A stretch of 40,000 bases of DNA from sequence record PP723049.1, one strand, 5' to 3'. Below the pieces are notes generated by a model. The model saw only the letters and a program-made list of their open reading frames with translations. It searched no databases and was not told the DNA's origin. This document shows, one piece after another, positions 17,926 through 26,336 of the stretch. This DNA is from Klebsiella phage vB_Kpn529046-KEN25_1. Positions within the stretch are counted from its first letter, which is position 1, and each line of letters starts with the position of its first letter. The position numbers and the translations under genes are program-made.

Positions 17926-18395
17926 TTTAAACTCTTACGAAGCTGCTTCTTGTATTTTGAAGCAAGTTGTGATTTTCCATCACTTTCCTCGTATGTAAAC
18001 CCATGCAATTCCATTTCAGCAATCATCTCAGGCTTACCAAGACGTGAAAAGCGTTTAGCCATATCGGCAACATATTGCGGGTGAATATTACTGTCTTTAC
18101 GATTCTGGCGGAGATAGACCAGCAAATTCTCTAACCATTCGAGGTAGTCAATATCTTGACCTTTTAAACCAGAGCGGTTGAACTTATGCTTCATTTGGCC
18201 TTCTGCCGCATTACACAGGTTACAGAGCAAGCCTCTGACCTTTCCTGCATTGTCACCTTCTAACGCATGGTCATGGTCGAGGTGGTTCTTTTGAATATCC
18301 TCATCTAAAGGACGTTTGCAGCAAGGACATAATCCGTTCTGTGCCTGATATAGTTTTTCTTTTTCTTCTTTATATAACTTACCGGTTAATAACAT
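17922..18395 (-). CDS. 49: Recombination endonuclease VII gp49
   Basis: CPCCKRPLDEDIQKNHLDHDHALEGDNAGKVRGLLCNLCNAAEGQMKHKFNRSGL. Confidence 0.98.
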   Translation of the reverse strand: MLLTGKLYKEEKEKLYQAQNGLCPCCKRPLDEDIQKNHLDHDHALEGDNAGKVRGLLCNLCNAAEGQMKHKFNRSGLKGQDIDYLEWLENLLVYLRQNRKDSNIHPQYVADMAKRFSRLGKPEMIAEMELHGFTYEESDGKSQLASKYKKQLRKSLK

Positions 18396-18422
18396 ACTCT
18401 TACCTCAGCGATTAGATAAGAG

Positions 18423-18430
18423 TATTTATA
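18423..18430 (-). promoter_or_regulatory. Late promoter for gene 49
   Basis: Minus strand TATAAATACTC, matching gp55-dependent TATAAATA. Confidence 0.8.
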
Positions 18431-18431
18431 G

Positions 18432-18740
18432 CTAAATTAACGAGTAACTGCTATACATATTTTTAGATGATTCTTTAACACAGTACGAAGTGCAGAACGC
18501 AAAAATTCCAGTGATATTATCTGTATGATAACTATAGACTTCGTTGCTATTCGCATCTACAAGTTTGACGCTTTTCCATGCCATTCCGTCAATTTCATCT
18601 TCATAATAACCATCTGAAAATTCAATGATATCTCCAACTTTAATTCCATGGTCTTTAAAGATGCTTTTAATCTGGCGATGCAACTCAGACAGGTCTAGGA
18701 GTTTAACCTTAATTGATTTAGAAATGCAAGTATTAGACAT
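18432..18740 (-). CDS. Hypothetical protein
   Basis: MSNTCISKSIKVKLLDLSELHRQIKS...; start likely 18740. Confidence 0.7.
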   Translation of the reverse strand: MSNTCISKSIKVKLLDLSELHRQIKSIFKDHGIKVGDIIEFSDGYYEDEIDGMAWKSVKLVDANSNEVYSYHTDNITGIFAFCTSYCVKESSKNMYSSYSLI

Positions 18741-19185
18741 GGCGAACTCCAAGACGGGTTTCCAATGCGACGATGTAATCCGCGGCTTTTTGCATTAAAG
18801 CATACTCTTCTGAATCACAATTTTCCTGTCCAGCAAATGCGTAAAGAGCTCTGGTAATTGGAACGATTGCACCTTGGAAATGGTTAAGTTTAATTTCAGA
18901 AATCAGAGGAACATCTTCACCTTGACCAATTTCTTTAATTTGGTGCATCGTATCTTCGCTGTAGAAACACCAGAACCAAGATTCGCCGTGTGGAGTTGGG
19001 TCGTTAATAGTAATGATTTTGTTTGTCAGCAAATCAATTACAGCAGTAATTCCACACATTTCAAGGTCATCTTCATTAACTACAGAAATGACTTGGAACT
19101 TAAATCCCGGAATAAACACAGGAAATTGCTCTGTTAATTCGTCATCATTAATAATGACTTCAAACTGCTTACCAATAAGTCCCAT
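18733..19185 (-). CDS. Hypothetical protein, 150 aa
   Basis: Overlapping ORF upstream of gene 49. Confidence 0.75.
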   Translation of the reverse strand: MGLIGKQFEVIINDDELTEQFPVFIPGFKFQVISVVNEDDLEMCGITAVIDLLTNKIITINDPTPHGESWFWCFYSEDTMHQIKEIGQGEDVPLISEIKLNHFQGAIVPITRALYAFAGQENCDSEEYALMQKAADYIVALETRLGVRHV

Positions 19186-19327
19186 TCACTTTGTCCTCAT
19201 AATCAAGTAATTCATTTATAGTGGGTTCAGAGGTATTATAATCCTCTTCAGGAATAGCATCTTCCTCTGGCTCGACAGTTTCCCAACGAGCCGCATACCA
19301 GGGTTTTAGACCTTTGCTACTTTGCAT
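19169..19327 (-). CDS. Small acidic ORF, 52 aa
   Basis: Not in track; MQSSKGLKPWYAARWETVEPEEDAIPEEDYNTSEPTINELLDYEDKVNGTYW; overlaps both neighbours but weak SD. Confidence 0.5.
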   Translation of the reverse strand: MQSSKGLKPWYAARWETVEPEEDAIPEEDYNTSEPTINELLDYEDKVNGTYW

Positions 19328-19695
19328 GGTGTTGGTTCAGAATCATTAACAGAATCGTGTTCAATACGCCATTCAACTTCAGTGCGAGTAACCACTTTTT
19401 CATGGCGAGTAACGATATCTACTTCAGGAGGACTATAATACCAATCAGTATGATATGAACCTGAACGAGATTCTGATACCATGAAATGAACGCCGCGTGC
19501 TGGATAATACCAAATTTGAGTGCGGTCTTGATACTTGTGCTCTTGTGTCCAATCTCCATCTTCTACTAAAACAAAGATTTCTTCTGCATCATCGTCTGGT
19601 GCATTAGGCGGATATTCGAAATCGTAGTTGTCGTCCCAACCGCCAGTGACGCCAGCGATATGCTTGATTTCTTTTACTAATTCAGCGTTAGTCAT
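19306..19695 (-). CDS. Hypothetical protein
   Basis: MTNAELVKEIKHIAGVTGGWDDNYDFEYPPNAPDDDAEE...; likely start 19695. Confidence 0.75.
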   Translation of the reverse strand: MTNAELVKEIKHIAGVTGGWDDNYDFEYPPNAPDDDAEEIFVLVEDGDWTQEHKYQDRTQIWYYPARGVHFMVSESRSGSYHTDWYYSPPEVDIVTRHEKVVTRTEVEWRIEHDSVNDSEPTPCKVAKV

Positions 19696-19696
19696 T

Positions 19697-19867
19697 TTAA
19701 CCTCGCAGCTTCTGTAAGTCTTCATCATCAATCCAGCTTTCTAAACCGGATGGAAGCGCACATTCAATTTCCCACAACAGTTCTTCAATTGCTTGCAGGC
19801 GTTCAAGCTCTTCTGCTGAAATAGTTACCATGCGTGGAGCTTTTAAATCACCAATATCATAACTCAT
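19697..19867 (-). CDS. Small acidic ORF, 56 aa
   Basis: Not in track; MSYDIGDLKAPRMVTISAEELERLQAIEELLWEIECALPSGLESWIDDEDLQKLRG; SD GAGGAAG and ATGA overlap. Confidence 0.78.
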   Translation of the reverse strand: MSYDIGDLKAPRMVTISAEELERLQAIEELLWEIECALPSGLESWIDDEDLQKLRG

Positions 19868-20160
19868 AGTTCTTCCTCATGCCAAGAACAGTCAACTTCA
19901 AAGTCTGGACCAAGGTCTTCATCTTCCCAACGCCAAGACCCTAACGGATTACCAGCATCATTGTAATCAATTTCAAGACCAATATAACTCCACTGAACAC
20001 CATGAATGGTATTTCCTTGCTTTACAAAGAATTCACCCCATTGGTGCATGAAAGCATACTGCGGATCAGATATAGCTCTTTCAATCATTGCTTCACGAAG
20101 ATTACGTTCTAAATCTACTTGGTCGCCTTCAGGAAAAACAAACTCAATTGGGTATTTCAT
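19864..20160 (-). CDS. Hypothetical protein
   Basis: MKYPIEFVFPEGDQVDLERNLREAMIERAISDPQ; start 20160 overlaps upstream stop. Confidence 0.75.
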   Translation of the reverse strand: MKYPIEFVFPEGDQVDLERNLREAMIERAISDPQYAFMHQWGEFFVKQGNTIHGVQWSYIGLEIDYNDAGNPLGSWRWEDEDLGPDFEVDCSWHEEEL

Positions 20161-20345
20161 AATTTCACCATACACTCGCCGTATTTCCATTTAGACATAA
20201 CCTTAACTCCATTGGAGTAAGTTACCTCTACCTTCGCTCGGTGATTCTTAATCTGCTTAATTTCACCAGTTTCCAATCCACCGTAGCCATAATAAAGAGC
20301 TACAATATCACCCTCCCGAAGGAGGGTTCCACGATAATCATGCAT
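20157..20345 (-). CDS. Small KOW-like protein, 62 aa
   Basis: MHDYRGTLLREGDIVALYYGYGGLETGEIKQIKNHRAKVEVTY; start 20345 overlaps nrdC stop. Confidence 0.72.
   Translation of the reverse strand: MHDYRGTLLREGDIVALYYGYGGLETGEIKQIKNHRAKVEVTYSNGVKVMSKWKYGECMVKL
20311..20326 (-). other. C(UUCG)G hairpin embedded in coding sequence
   Basis: CCCTCC-TTCG-GGAGGG, codons ~7-12 of the ORF starting at 20345. Confidence 0.8.
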
Positions 20346-20607
20346 TGAATTTGAATTTACGGAGTTCATCAAAACCACCGATATGTGTACCGTCAGGAGC
20401 AAAAATCTGAGGCATAGTTAATCCAACCTGCGATTCGCGACCTAAACGACGAAGCAAATCACTGATAACCACTTCATCAAATACACCTTTTTCTGGCATT
20501 ACATTGATGAATGCATATTCTTGTTTCTTAACGTCAAGCAGACGCTTTGCATTATCACAAAACACACACTTATGAATGTTGCTGTCGTAACCAAAAACCG
20601 TGAACAT
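20338..20607 (-). CDS. nrdC: Thioredoxin NrdC
   Basis: MFTVFGYDSNIHKCVFCDNAKRLLDVKKQEYAFINVMPEKGVFDE...GLTMPQIFAPDGTHIGGFDELRKF. Confidence 0.97.
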   Translation of the reverse strand: MFTVFGYDSNIHKCVFCDNAKRLLDVKKQEYAFINVMPEKGVFDEVVISDLLRRLGRESQVGLTMPQIFAPDGTHIGGFDELRKFKFNA

Positions 20608-20860
20608 CTTCTTCTATTTCCTTAAATACTTGAGCTTGAACTTGGTTCCAACTCGGGTGTTTATACGCTTTATAAACGTTAGTCATTCCAAGACGCTTAG
20701 TGACTTCGCCATCAATTGCAGCTTGGGCAAAATTTCTTCCACGGGTCATAGCTCCTTTGAGATTGGAACTGTTAGCAATTTGACCAGTCTCATTATAATA
20801 AACCGAATACATGAGTAGCATTACTCGTTCGGCTTCTTCCATATATCGTTTACGAGCCAT
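20570..20860 (-). CDS. Hypothetical protein, 96 aa
   Basis: ORF overlapping nrdC start. Confidence 0.75.
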   Translation of the reverse strand: MARKRYMEEAERVMLLMYSVYYNETGQIANSSNLKGAMTRGRNFAQAAIDGEVTKRLGMTNVYKAYKHPSWNQVQAQVFKEIEEDVHGFWLRQQHS

Positions 20861-21023
20861 TTTCAGCCTTAGTGGTTATAACTAATGTTTTACCGTCTAA
20901 CGCATCGAGAATATCTTTGATGCAATTATCTGGCATTGGTTGAACGCTAGCTAATTGCTTGGCAATATCATCAGGAATTCCCATGCGAGGAATATTTAAT
21001 TTGCTAAAATCAATTTTATCCAT
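20850..21023 (-). CDS. Small ORF, 57 aa
   Basis: Not in track; MDKIDFSKLNIPRMGIPDDIAKQLASVQPMPDNCIKDILDALDGKTLVITTKAENGS; overlaps both neighbours (ATGGATAA). Confidence 0.65.
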   Translation of the reverse strand: MDKIDFSKLNIPRMGIPDDIAKQLASVQPMPDNCIKDILDALDGKTLVITTKAENGS

Positions 21024-21528
21024 TAGCAGTTACCGGGAAGTGTTCTGCCAATTTAGCGGCGATGGCAGCGTTAATTTGATCAGCGAAATTCTTATTCATT
21101 GCATTAACAATGATTTCTTGAATTCGGCGGTTAGCGCTTTCAATAGACAGCTTAATACGACCTTCTGCTTGCTCAATAGCATCATCAATAGTCTGGTGAA
21201 CCATTTCGCTAATAGCATTTTTAGCACATGATTGGGCAGCGTTACGCATCATCTGCGACATTTCTTCTTTGGCAGACATATCATTCCAACCACGAGTATG
21301 GAACATCTGCTGAAGCTGTTTCTTAACTTCAGCTCGTACATCTGGAATAGTTACTGTTGCAATATTAACTTCAGATTGTACTGCTTGTTTTAGTTTATTC
21401 TGGGAATCTTTTAACACCATTTCTTTAACGATGTTATTGATTACTGACTGCTGCAGTTGAGCACGGGCTTCTGTACCTTCTGGGAATAACTGGCGTACTG
21501 CATAAGTATCTAATTTAATGTCAATCAT
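21016..21528 (-). CDS. Hypothetical helical protein, 170 aa
   Basis: ORF upstream of nrdC, coupled. Confidence 0.78.
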   Translation of the reverse strand: MIDIKLDTYAVRQLFPEGTEARAQLQQSVINNIVKEMVLKDSQNKLKQAVQSEVNIATVTIPDVRAEVKKQLQQMFHTRGWNDMSAKEEMSQMMRNAAQSCAKNAISEMVHQTIDDAIEQAEGRIKLSIESANRRIQEIIVNAMNKNFADQINAAIAAKLAEHFPVTANG

Positions 21529-21857
21529 TTTACCTTTTTCACTCCAGGAATATTAGAGATAGTTTCAAATACTTCGTCAAAGTTATCTTTATCAACAGTG
21601 ACTACCATAGTGCGAGCGGTCTGTTTCTTTTTCCAACGTTTAAAGAAAGTTGCAAGACTCAAATCATGGGAAGTGAAGAAATCATCGGTTTTGTAAACAT
21701 ATCCGCTTTCAATTTTTACTACCGCATCAGGCGAAGGGTCTTCATATTCTTCTACTTCAACATCATCAAAGAGTATTAAAGTGTCATCATGATAATAGCC
21801 TTCCCAGAAGGCTTCATCGTTATAAAATTCTTTCCAAAGTGCGCCAGTGGTTTTCAT
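21525..21857 (-). CDS. Hypothetical protein, 110 aa
   Basis: ATGA-coupled ORF. Confidence 0.75.
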   Translation of the reverse strand: MKTTGALWKEFYNDEAFWEGYYHDDTLILFDDVEVEEYEDPSPDAVVKIESGYVYKTDDFFTSHDLSLATFFKRWKKKQTARTMVVTVDKDNFDEVFETISNIPGVKKVK

Positions 21858-22168
21858 TTAATCACCTTCTTCCAAGCTTCGTGAGCAGCACACGCTAATA
21901 CTTCGTCATCAGTCAAATTGAACTTGCCTTCATTACGACGAGCAATCATTTCATTGAATTCAGTATCAGTTCTAAGCATCATGTTAAGAACTGTAAAATC
22001 CATTGTCGCTCGAAGATATTCTTTAAGCTGCATAGGGTCGATGCCACTTTCGTATGCGTCAAGAATCATATCTGCAATGATGTTATCAAAGTTTTTGTCT
22101 TTTATGAGGTTATTAGCATACTCGACAAAAAACTTAGTATTAGCACCAGTAATAGTTTTAGTAATCAT
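21854..22168 (-). CDS. Hypothetical protein, 104 aa
   Basis: ATGA-coupled ORF. Confidence 0.75.
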   Translation of the reverse strand: MITKTITGANTKFFVEYANNLIKDKNFDNIIADMILDAYESGIDPMQLKEYLRATMDFTVLNMMLRTDTEFNEMIARRNEGKFNLTDDEVLACAAHEAWKKVIK

Positions 22169-22425
22169 TTTAATTTTCTCTCAAATCTGTGTTTACAAGT
22201 CCGGCATTTCATTTTCAGAATATCGGTTGTCCAATCAACAAGCTGTACTTGAATACTACCACATTTTTCACAAGGCACAACTTGTTTAGCTGCAGCTTCT
22301 CGACGGTCTACCATTTCAAGACAGGCATCCCAGTCAATTTTAAATTCAGGTACAGGTGGATACTCAAACTCAATTTCAAGGTCGTTATCATCAACGACCA
22401 TGTCTTCTTTTAATTGATTTTTCAC
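22165..22425 (-). CDS. Zinc-ribbon protein, 86 aa
   Basis: PCEKCGSIQVQLVDWTTDILKMKCRTCKHRF. Confidence 0.8.
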   Translation of the reverse strand: MKNQLKEDMVVDDNDLEIEFEYPPVPEFKIDWDACLEMVDRREAAAKQVVPCEKCGSIQVQLVDWTTDILKMKCRTCKHRFERKLK

Positions 22426-23396
22426 AGTAAGCTCCGGGCATACTCGAGAGATTCATACCGCTCTTTGTACTCATTAAGCGATTTGACTAAATCCGCCATC
22501 ATCAATTCATGCTTACTTAATTCAGCTTCTTTTGTATCAATAAACCGCTTAACCGATTCCATTTCGGCAGTAATACTATTCTTAGCGATTTCAATATGAT
22601 TTACTGGTGTTAACGGAAGAGGCTTAATAACATTGAGATACATATGTGCTACGTCTTCATCAATAACTGGGGTGGTGCTCAATGTTTTAGGAAAAATCTT
22701 AAATGGGTCCAAATGTACTTCAAGAACAGATGAGTTTTCACCTTGCTGTTTACAGCATGATTTTTTAACTACATCCATATGGTCTAAAGCAGTACGAACT
22801 TGCGCTAAAAGCGCCCGGGCCGGATACTTTCCGCTGGACAAATGGCTATTAATATGAATTCGTACAGTTACATTGTCAAGTTCTTCGGCACGAATAAATG
22901 AAACACCCTTAGGATTTCTAGAACTAGTAGAAGATACCTGGTATTTCACACGGTCATCGCCTTTAAGTAAGCAAATTGAACGATTAAGAATACGACGCAG
23001 GTTTGCATTAAATTCAGAGCAGAAGATTTGAGCAGCGCTGCGGTCATGTCTTTCTTCAGTTTTAAACGCCCCTGCCGCAAAGCTATAACGCTGACCGTAA
23101 ATTTTAGCATTGCCGATAGCAAACTTTTTGAGCTGTTTCTCTGCTGACATTGCACCTAACCAACGAGAACGACGAATGTTTTCTACAACAAAACTAACAT
23201 AGTTGGCTTCATGCGCTGCCATGCTATTTAGAACACGACGAGCTACGTTACCAGCAATTGCTACATTATAAGCAGCTGGATTTAAATCATGTAAAGCTGC
23301 CAAAACCTTTACGTGCTTCTCACGCTTTGACAAGCCCTTTCCATTATGCTTATCAAATTCACCGGCTACAAACATCTTTAATTCATTCTTATTCAT
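22422..23396 (-). CDS. Conserved-looking hypothetical protein, 324 aa
   Basis: Long ORF with own middle promoter. Confidence 0.85.
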   Translation of the reverse strand: MNKNELKMFVAGEFDKHNGKGLSKREKHVKVLAALHDLNPAAYNVAIAGNVARRVLNSMAAHEANYVSFVVENIRRSRWLGAMSAEKQLKKFAIGNAKIYGQRYSFAAGAFKTEERHDRSAAQIFCSEFNANLRRILNRSICLLKGDDRVKYQVSSTSSRNPKGVSFIRAEELDNVTVRIHINSHLSSGKYPARALLAQVRTALDHMDVVKKSCCKQQGENSSVLEVHLDPFKIFPKTLSTTPVIDEDVAHMYLNVIKPLPLTPVNHIEIAKNSITAEMESVKRFIDTKEAELSKHELMMADLVKSLNEYKERYESLEYARSLL

Positions 23397-23454
23397 TATC
23401 TTTTCCTCTATTTTGGACTGGGCTCAAAGAGTATCTCAAAATCTCCCTGAACCC

Positions 23455-23482
23455 ATTATACAACAATTATTCCTCAAGCATT
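23455..23482 (-). promoter_or_regulatory. MotA-dependent middle promoter
   Basis: AATGCTTGA (23474-23482), 13 nt, TATAAT (23455-23460). Confidence 0.7.
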
Positions 23483-24255
23483 ATAACTTTGCTTGGGCGC
23501 TTATAGAAAGCATGTGTTTTATCATCTTTCGCTAATTCAAATGTAGCAGTAAACTGTACTTTGCCTCTGTATTCAAACGGAATACTTTTTGGAAGGGAGC
23601 CGTAAACCGTAGCTCCATTCTCAAGCACAACCATCATCTTACATTGTACGCCGTAATAGTCTTCATAAACTTTTACTGACGTTACTGTACCAGAGACAGT
23701 CACTCGTCCTTCCGGTGCATCCCCTTTATTCTTATTCAGCTCATTGAATATATTATCAAAGACATCTTTTGAATGTTCCTGGATAGCCTCTAAGATGCTC
23801 TTATGAGCTCTAACTTCTGCCATAACAACATCTGTGCCATCTTGCAATTTCCACTCTTTATATGGAATGCGTACTTCAAGAGGATAACCATACTCCCGAA
23901 GTTCTTTGTACTCTTCTTGAGTTAAGCGGATTTTCCACCAACCGTGGTCACCTGTATACTCAGGCTTATCCAGTGAATCAAATTCTGTAACATATGGCAA
24001 GTAACTGCCTGCGTGATAAGCTTCAACTTCACCTAATTCATTTTCCCAAAGATAACCATCAAAGGGAGCATGAGGACGATCATCTTTGCCCCAAGTAGGA
24101 GCTACAACTTTATCAAAGTATTCACGACCGAAGCGGGTCTTCGCCCATCCAGCATTCAACTCCTCGGCGCGTTTTTCAACTTTCGCTCGGTGTGCTTGGC
24201 GGGCTACACGATTTTCTTCAACAAGTGCAGAGATAATCTCGGTTAAAGTTTTCAT
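23467..24255 (-). CDS. Hypothetical protein, ~262 aa
   Basis: MKTLTEIISALVEENRVARQAHR...; start 24255 with SD GGAG. Confidence 0.85.
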   Translation of the reverse strand: MKTLTEIISALVEENRVARQAHRAKVEKRAEELNAGWAKTRFGREYFDKVVAPTWGKDDRPHAPFDGYLWENELGEVEAYHAGSYLPYVTEFDSLDKPEYTGDHGWWKIRLTQEEYKELREYGYPLEVRIPYKEWKLQDGTDVVMAEVRAHKSILEAIQEHSKDVFDNIFNELNKNKGDAPEGRVTVSGTVTSVKVYEDYYGVQCKMMVVLENGATVYGSLPKSIPFEYRGKVQFTATFELAKDDKTHAFYKRPSKVIMLEE

Positions 24256-24283
24256 TTTATTCTCCAGTTTGGTTGACGAGACC

Positions 24284-24313
24284 ATCTTATCAACAGCCTC
24301 GCCGAAAGTAAAC
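24284..24313 (-). promoter_or_regulatory. T4-type early promoter
   Basis: GTTTAC (24308-24313), 18 nt, TAAGAT (24284-24289); overlaps stop codon of the upstream gene. Confidence 0.85.
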
Positions 24314-24579
24314 TACTTTGTGAAAAATTTTCTCCAAAGCAGAACTGCGTCTCTACGAGATACTTCTACTGCTCCTAGAGCAACTGCTTGCTTGCGACGA
24401 ACATCGCGCAAATCATAGTGTGGAACTCGCTTATCCTGGAACCAAGAACGTTTCATTCCGATAGCTTCTGCCATAGCGTGTAACTCATCAAGGTTGTCGC
24501 TAAACATATGACAGTTCTTTACTTGGTGACCTCTCATTTTCCAACCATGATTCATCAAGACATCTACGTATACTGTCAT
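24313..24579 (-). CDS. DUF4031-like protein
   Basis: TVYVDVLMNHGWKMRGHQVKNCHMFSDNLDELHAMAEAIGMKRSWFQDKRVPHYDLRDVRRKQAVALGA. Confidence 0.8.
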   Translation of the reverse strand: MTVYVDVLMNHGWKMRGHQVKNCHMFSDNLDELHAMAEAIGMKRSWFQDKRVPHYDLRDVRRKQAVALGAVEVSRRDAVLLWRKFFTK

Positions 24580-24740
24580 TTCTGATTCTCGATGTAGGTT
24601 TCAATGATGAACTGTGCTAAGCACAGAAGATTATCTTCTGAAGGAGAATCTACTAAATTCTCAACCATTTCAGAAATAGTTCCAAAAGCTTCTTCAGTAT
24701 TGAACATTTCTTGAAGTTCGTTCCAAGTAGGTGCTTTCAT
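24576..24740 (-). CDS. Small acidic ORF, 54 aa
   Basis: Not in track; MKAPTWNELQEMFNTEEAFGTISEMVENLVDSPSEDNLLCLAQFIIETYIENQK; SD GAGGAG, ATGA overlap, first ORF after an early promoter. Confidence 0.82.
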   Translation of the reverse strand: MKAPTWNELQEMFNTEEAFGTISEMVENLVDSPSEDNLLCLAQFIIETYIENQK

Positions 24741-24769
24741 TTCAATCTCCTCATTAGTTAACGGAAGCT

Positions 24770-24799
24770 ATCTTATCATGGCTTTTCTAAGATGTAAAC
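24770..24799 (-). promoter_or_regulatory. T4-type early promoter
   Basis: GTTTAC (24794-24799), 18 nt, TAAGAT (24770-24775). Confidence 0.85.
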
Positions 24800-24804
24800 A
24801 ACAA

Positions 24805-24822
24805 AAGGGCCCGAAGGCCCTT
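24805..24822 (-). terminator. C(UUCG)G terminator
   Basis: AAGGGCC-TTCG-GGCCCTT followed by TTG. Confidence 0.85.
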
Positions 24823-25111
24823 AAAAAGATCGGAAATCACTGTTAAACCATGGCGACTGGTGCTGTCGCCGCTTAAGCAATTTCAGTTGGTATTTCCTAT
24901 TGTCTTCTATAATCATCTTAGAGGCTTTTAGCTCTTCAGCCAATGAGACCTGTTTACGGTCCATTAAGATGAGGTTCTGGGTCTTCTGGGCAAGCGTCTG
25001 AATATCTTTAAGACATTCTACAGACTCCTCCATACCTCTCTTGTATTCTGCTCGGGCAGCATTTAACTGCCTTTCATAGTTTGCATATATCGACTCTAAA
25101 GTGTTAAACAC
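24821..25111 (-). CDS. Hypothetical coiled-coil-like protein, 96 aa
   Basis: Charged, helical sequence. Confidence 0.75.
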   Translation of the reverse strand: MFNTLESIYANYERQLNAARAEYKRGMEESVECLKDIQTLAQKTQNLILMDRKQVSLAEELKASKMIIEDNRKYQLKLLKRRQHQSPWFNSDFRSF

Positions 25112-25114
25112 GGG

Positions 25115-25435
25115 TTACCCTTTAGCATAATTGACGATTTGTTCACGATCAGCGGGCCAATTTAAATCAGAACGTTTCTTGTTTGACCACGCAATATTTT
25201 CTTCAGCCCAATGAAGTTTAGCCGATACGCTCTTTTGTACGTCTCTGATGGCTTCTTCAAGATAAATGCCTAAATCTCTCGGGTTAGTTCCTTGAGTTTT
25301 AAATGCATTGAGCAAAATATTTCTTACAACTTCTTTAAATTGATTTTCAACTTCCGGGTGAATAAATTCACGATATCCGTTGCACGGATATCCAAAAGCA
25401 TCTACCATACGAGCAGTACTAAATTCTTTGTTCAT
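25115..25435 (-). CDS. Hypothetical protein, 106 aa
   Basis: ORF, coupled to the next. Confidence 0.75.
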   Translation of the reverse strand: MNKEFSTARMVDAFGYPCNGYREFIHPEVENQFKEVVRNILLNAFKTQGTNPRDLGIYLEEAIRDVQKSVSAKLHWAEENIAWSNKKRSDLNWPADREQIVNYAKG

Positions 25436-25767
25436 AATCCGAGAGCCTCGCGTTCATCAGGATTTAATTTAGCCAAAGCGGCTTCTTTAATTTTTTCCAA
25501 CCGTTTACGCTTAGCTTCAGGTGTTTCTTCCTGAACACTAATAGCAGCGCTTTTAGGAAAAGTCCATGATTCGCCATTTTCATCGGTGAATGTAATTAGT
25601 TCCGTTGGCTTACGATTAACTGTACCATCTGAGCCATACCAGGATTTTCCTTTGACTGCTTCTCGGGCAATACAGTATGAACCATAATAACCAAACAACT
25701 CACTACGACGATCGTCTGGTGAAACATATGCAGCAAAGGCGTTAGACTCTGTCATTACCCATTTCAT
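25432..25767 (-). CDS. Hypothetical protein, 111 aa
   Basis: ORF, coupled; start uncertain. Confidence 0.72.
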   Translation of the reverse strand: MKWVMTESNAFAAYVSPDDRRSELFGYYGSYCIAREAVKGKSWYGSDGTVNRKPTELITFTDENGESWTFPKSAAISVQEETPEAKRKRLEKIKEAALAKLNPDEREALGL

Positions 25768-26189
25768 TTTAGCACCTCGTAGCGAATAAGTTCAATACGA
25801 TTTTTAAGCTCTTGGTATGATTTACGCCAAGGCTTATAATAAGCATTTAAATCTTGGTGCTGTTTATGCATTTCGTCTAAATGCTTTACTGCATCCTGCA
25901 CATTTGCAAGGAAAGTATCAAATACTTTATTAGCGTATTCTTTCCTGAGCTCAATGAATGGAGGAGCACGAAATACGTTTACCATTACACGTAGTTCATG
26001 ATAAGAAGAATGGACTTCAGCTAATACATTTTTCTTATCGCCAAAATTAAACTTATAAAGTTTTTCACAGATTGCTTCACAGGATTTCTCTGCTTTACCC
26101 TTTGGTTTACCTGCAAAGATGTGTCCTGGCGGATATACTTTAATATTGTTTAACCAACATTCAATATCTTTAATAGCTGCTAAACTCAT
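25764..26189 (-). CDS. Hypothetical protein
   Basis: MSLAAIKDIECWLNNIKVYPPGHIFAGKPKGKAEKSC...; ATG at 26189 overlaps upstream TGA. Confidence 0.75.
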   Translation of the reverse strand: MSLAAIKDIECWLNNIKVYPPGHIFAGKPKGKAEKSCEAICEKLYKFNFGDKKNVLAEVHSSYHELRVMVNVFRAPPFIELRKEYANKVFDTFLANVQDAVKHLDEMHKQHQDLNAYYKPWRKSYQELKNRIELIRYEVLK

Positions 26190-26332
26190 TGTACCCACGC
26201 TCCATTTTCATCAATGTAATTAATCCACTCGTTAATAGTCCAGGAAGAGGTATCACCTTTAGGAGTATCAGCGATATACATTCCGCCTTTAAACAAAACA
26301 CGTTTTACATCATTAGAAATTAAAGTAGCCAT
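26186..26332 (-). CDS. Small ORF, 48 aa
   Basis: Not in track; MATLISNDVKRVLFKGGMYIADTPKGDTSSWTINEWINYIDENGAWVQ; ATGA overlap. Confidence 0.7.
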   Translation of the reverse strand: MATLISNDVKRVLFKGGMYIADTPKGDTSSWTINEWINYIDENGAWVQ

Positions 26333-26336
26333 TATA

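Noticed and set aside
16087-18395. Self-splicing intron in nrdD or other T4 intron sites
   Set aside because: nrdD is a single uninterrupted 612-aa frame including the glycyl radical motif, so no intron is present.
18733-19185. Assignment of this ORF as Pin (Lon protease inhibitor) from its position near gene 49
   Set aside because: Position alone is suggestive, but I could not recognise Pin-specific sequence, so it is left as hypothetical.
22946-23155. Minus-strand 69-aa ORF
   Set aside because: Fully internal to and out of frame with the 324-aa gene at 22422..23396.
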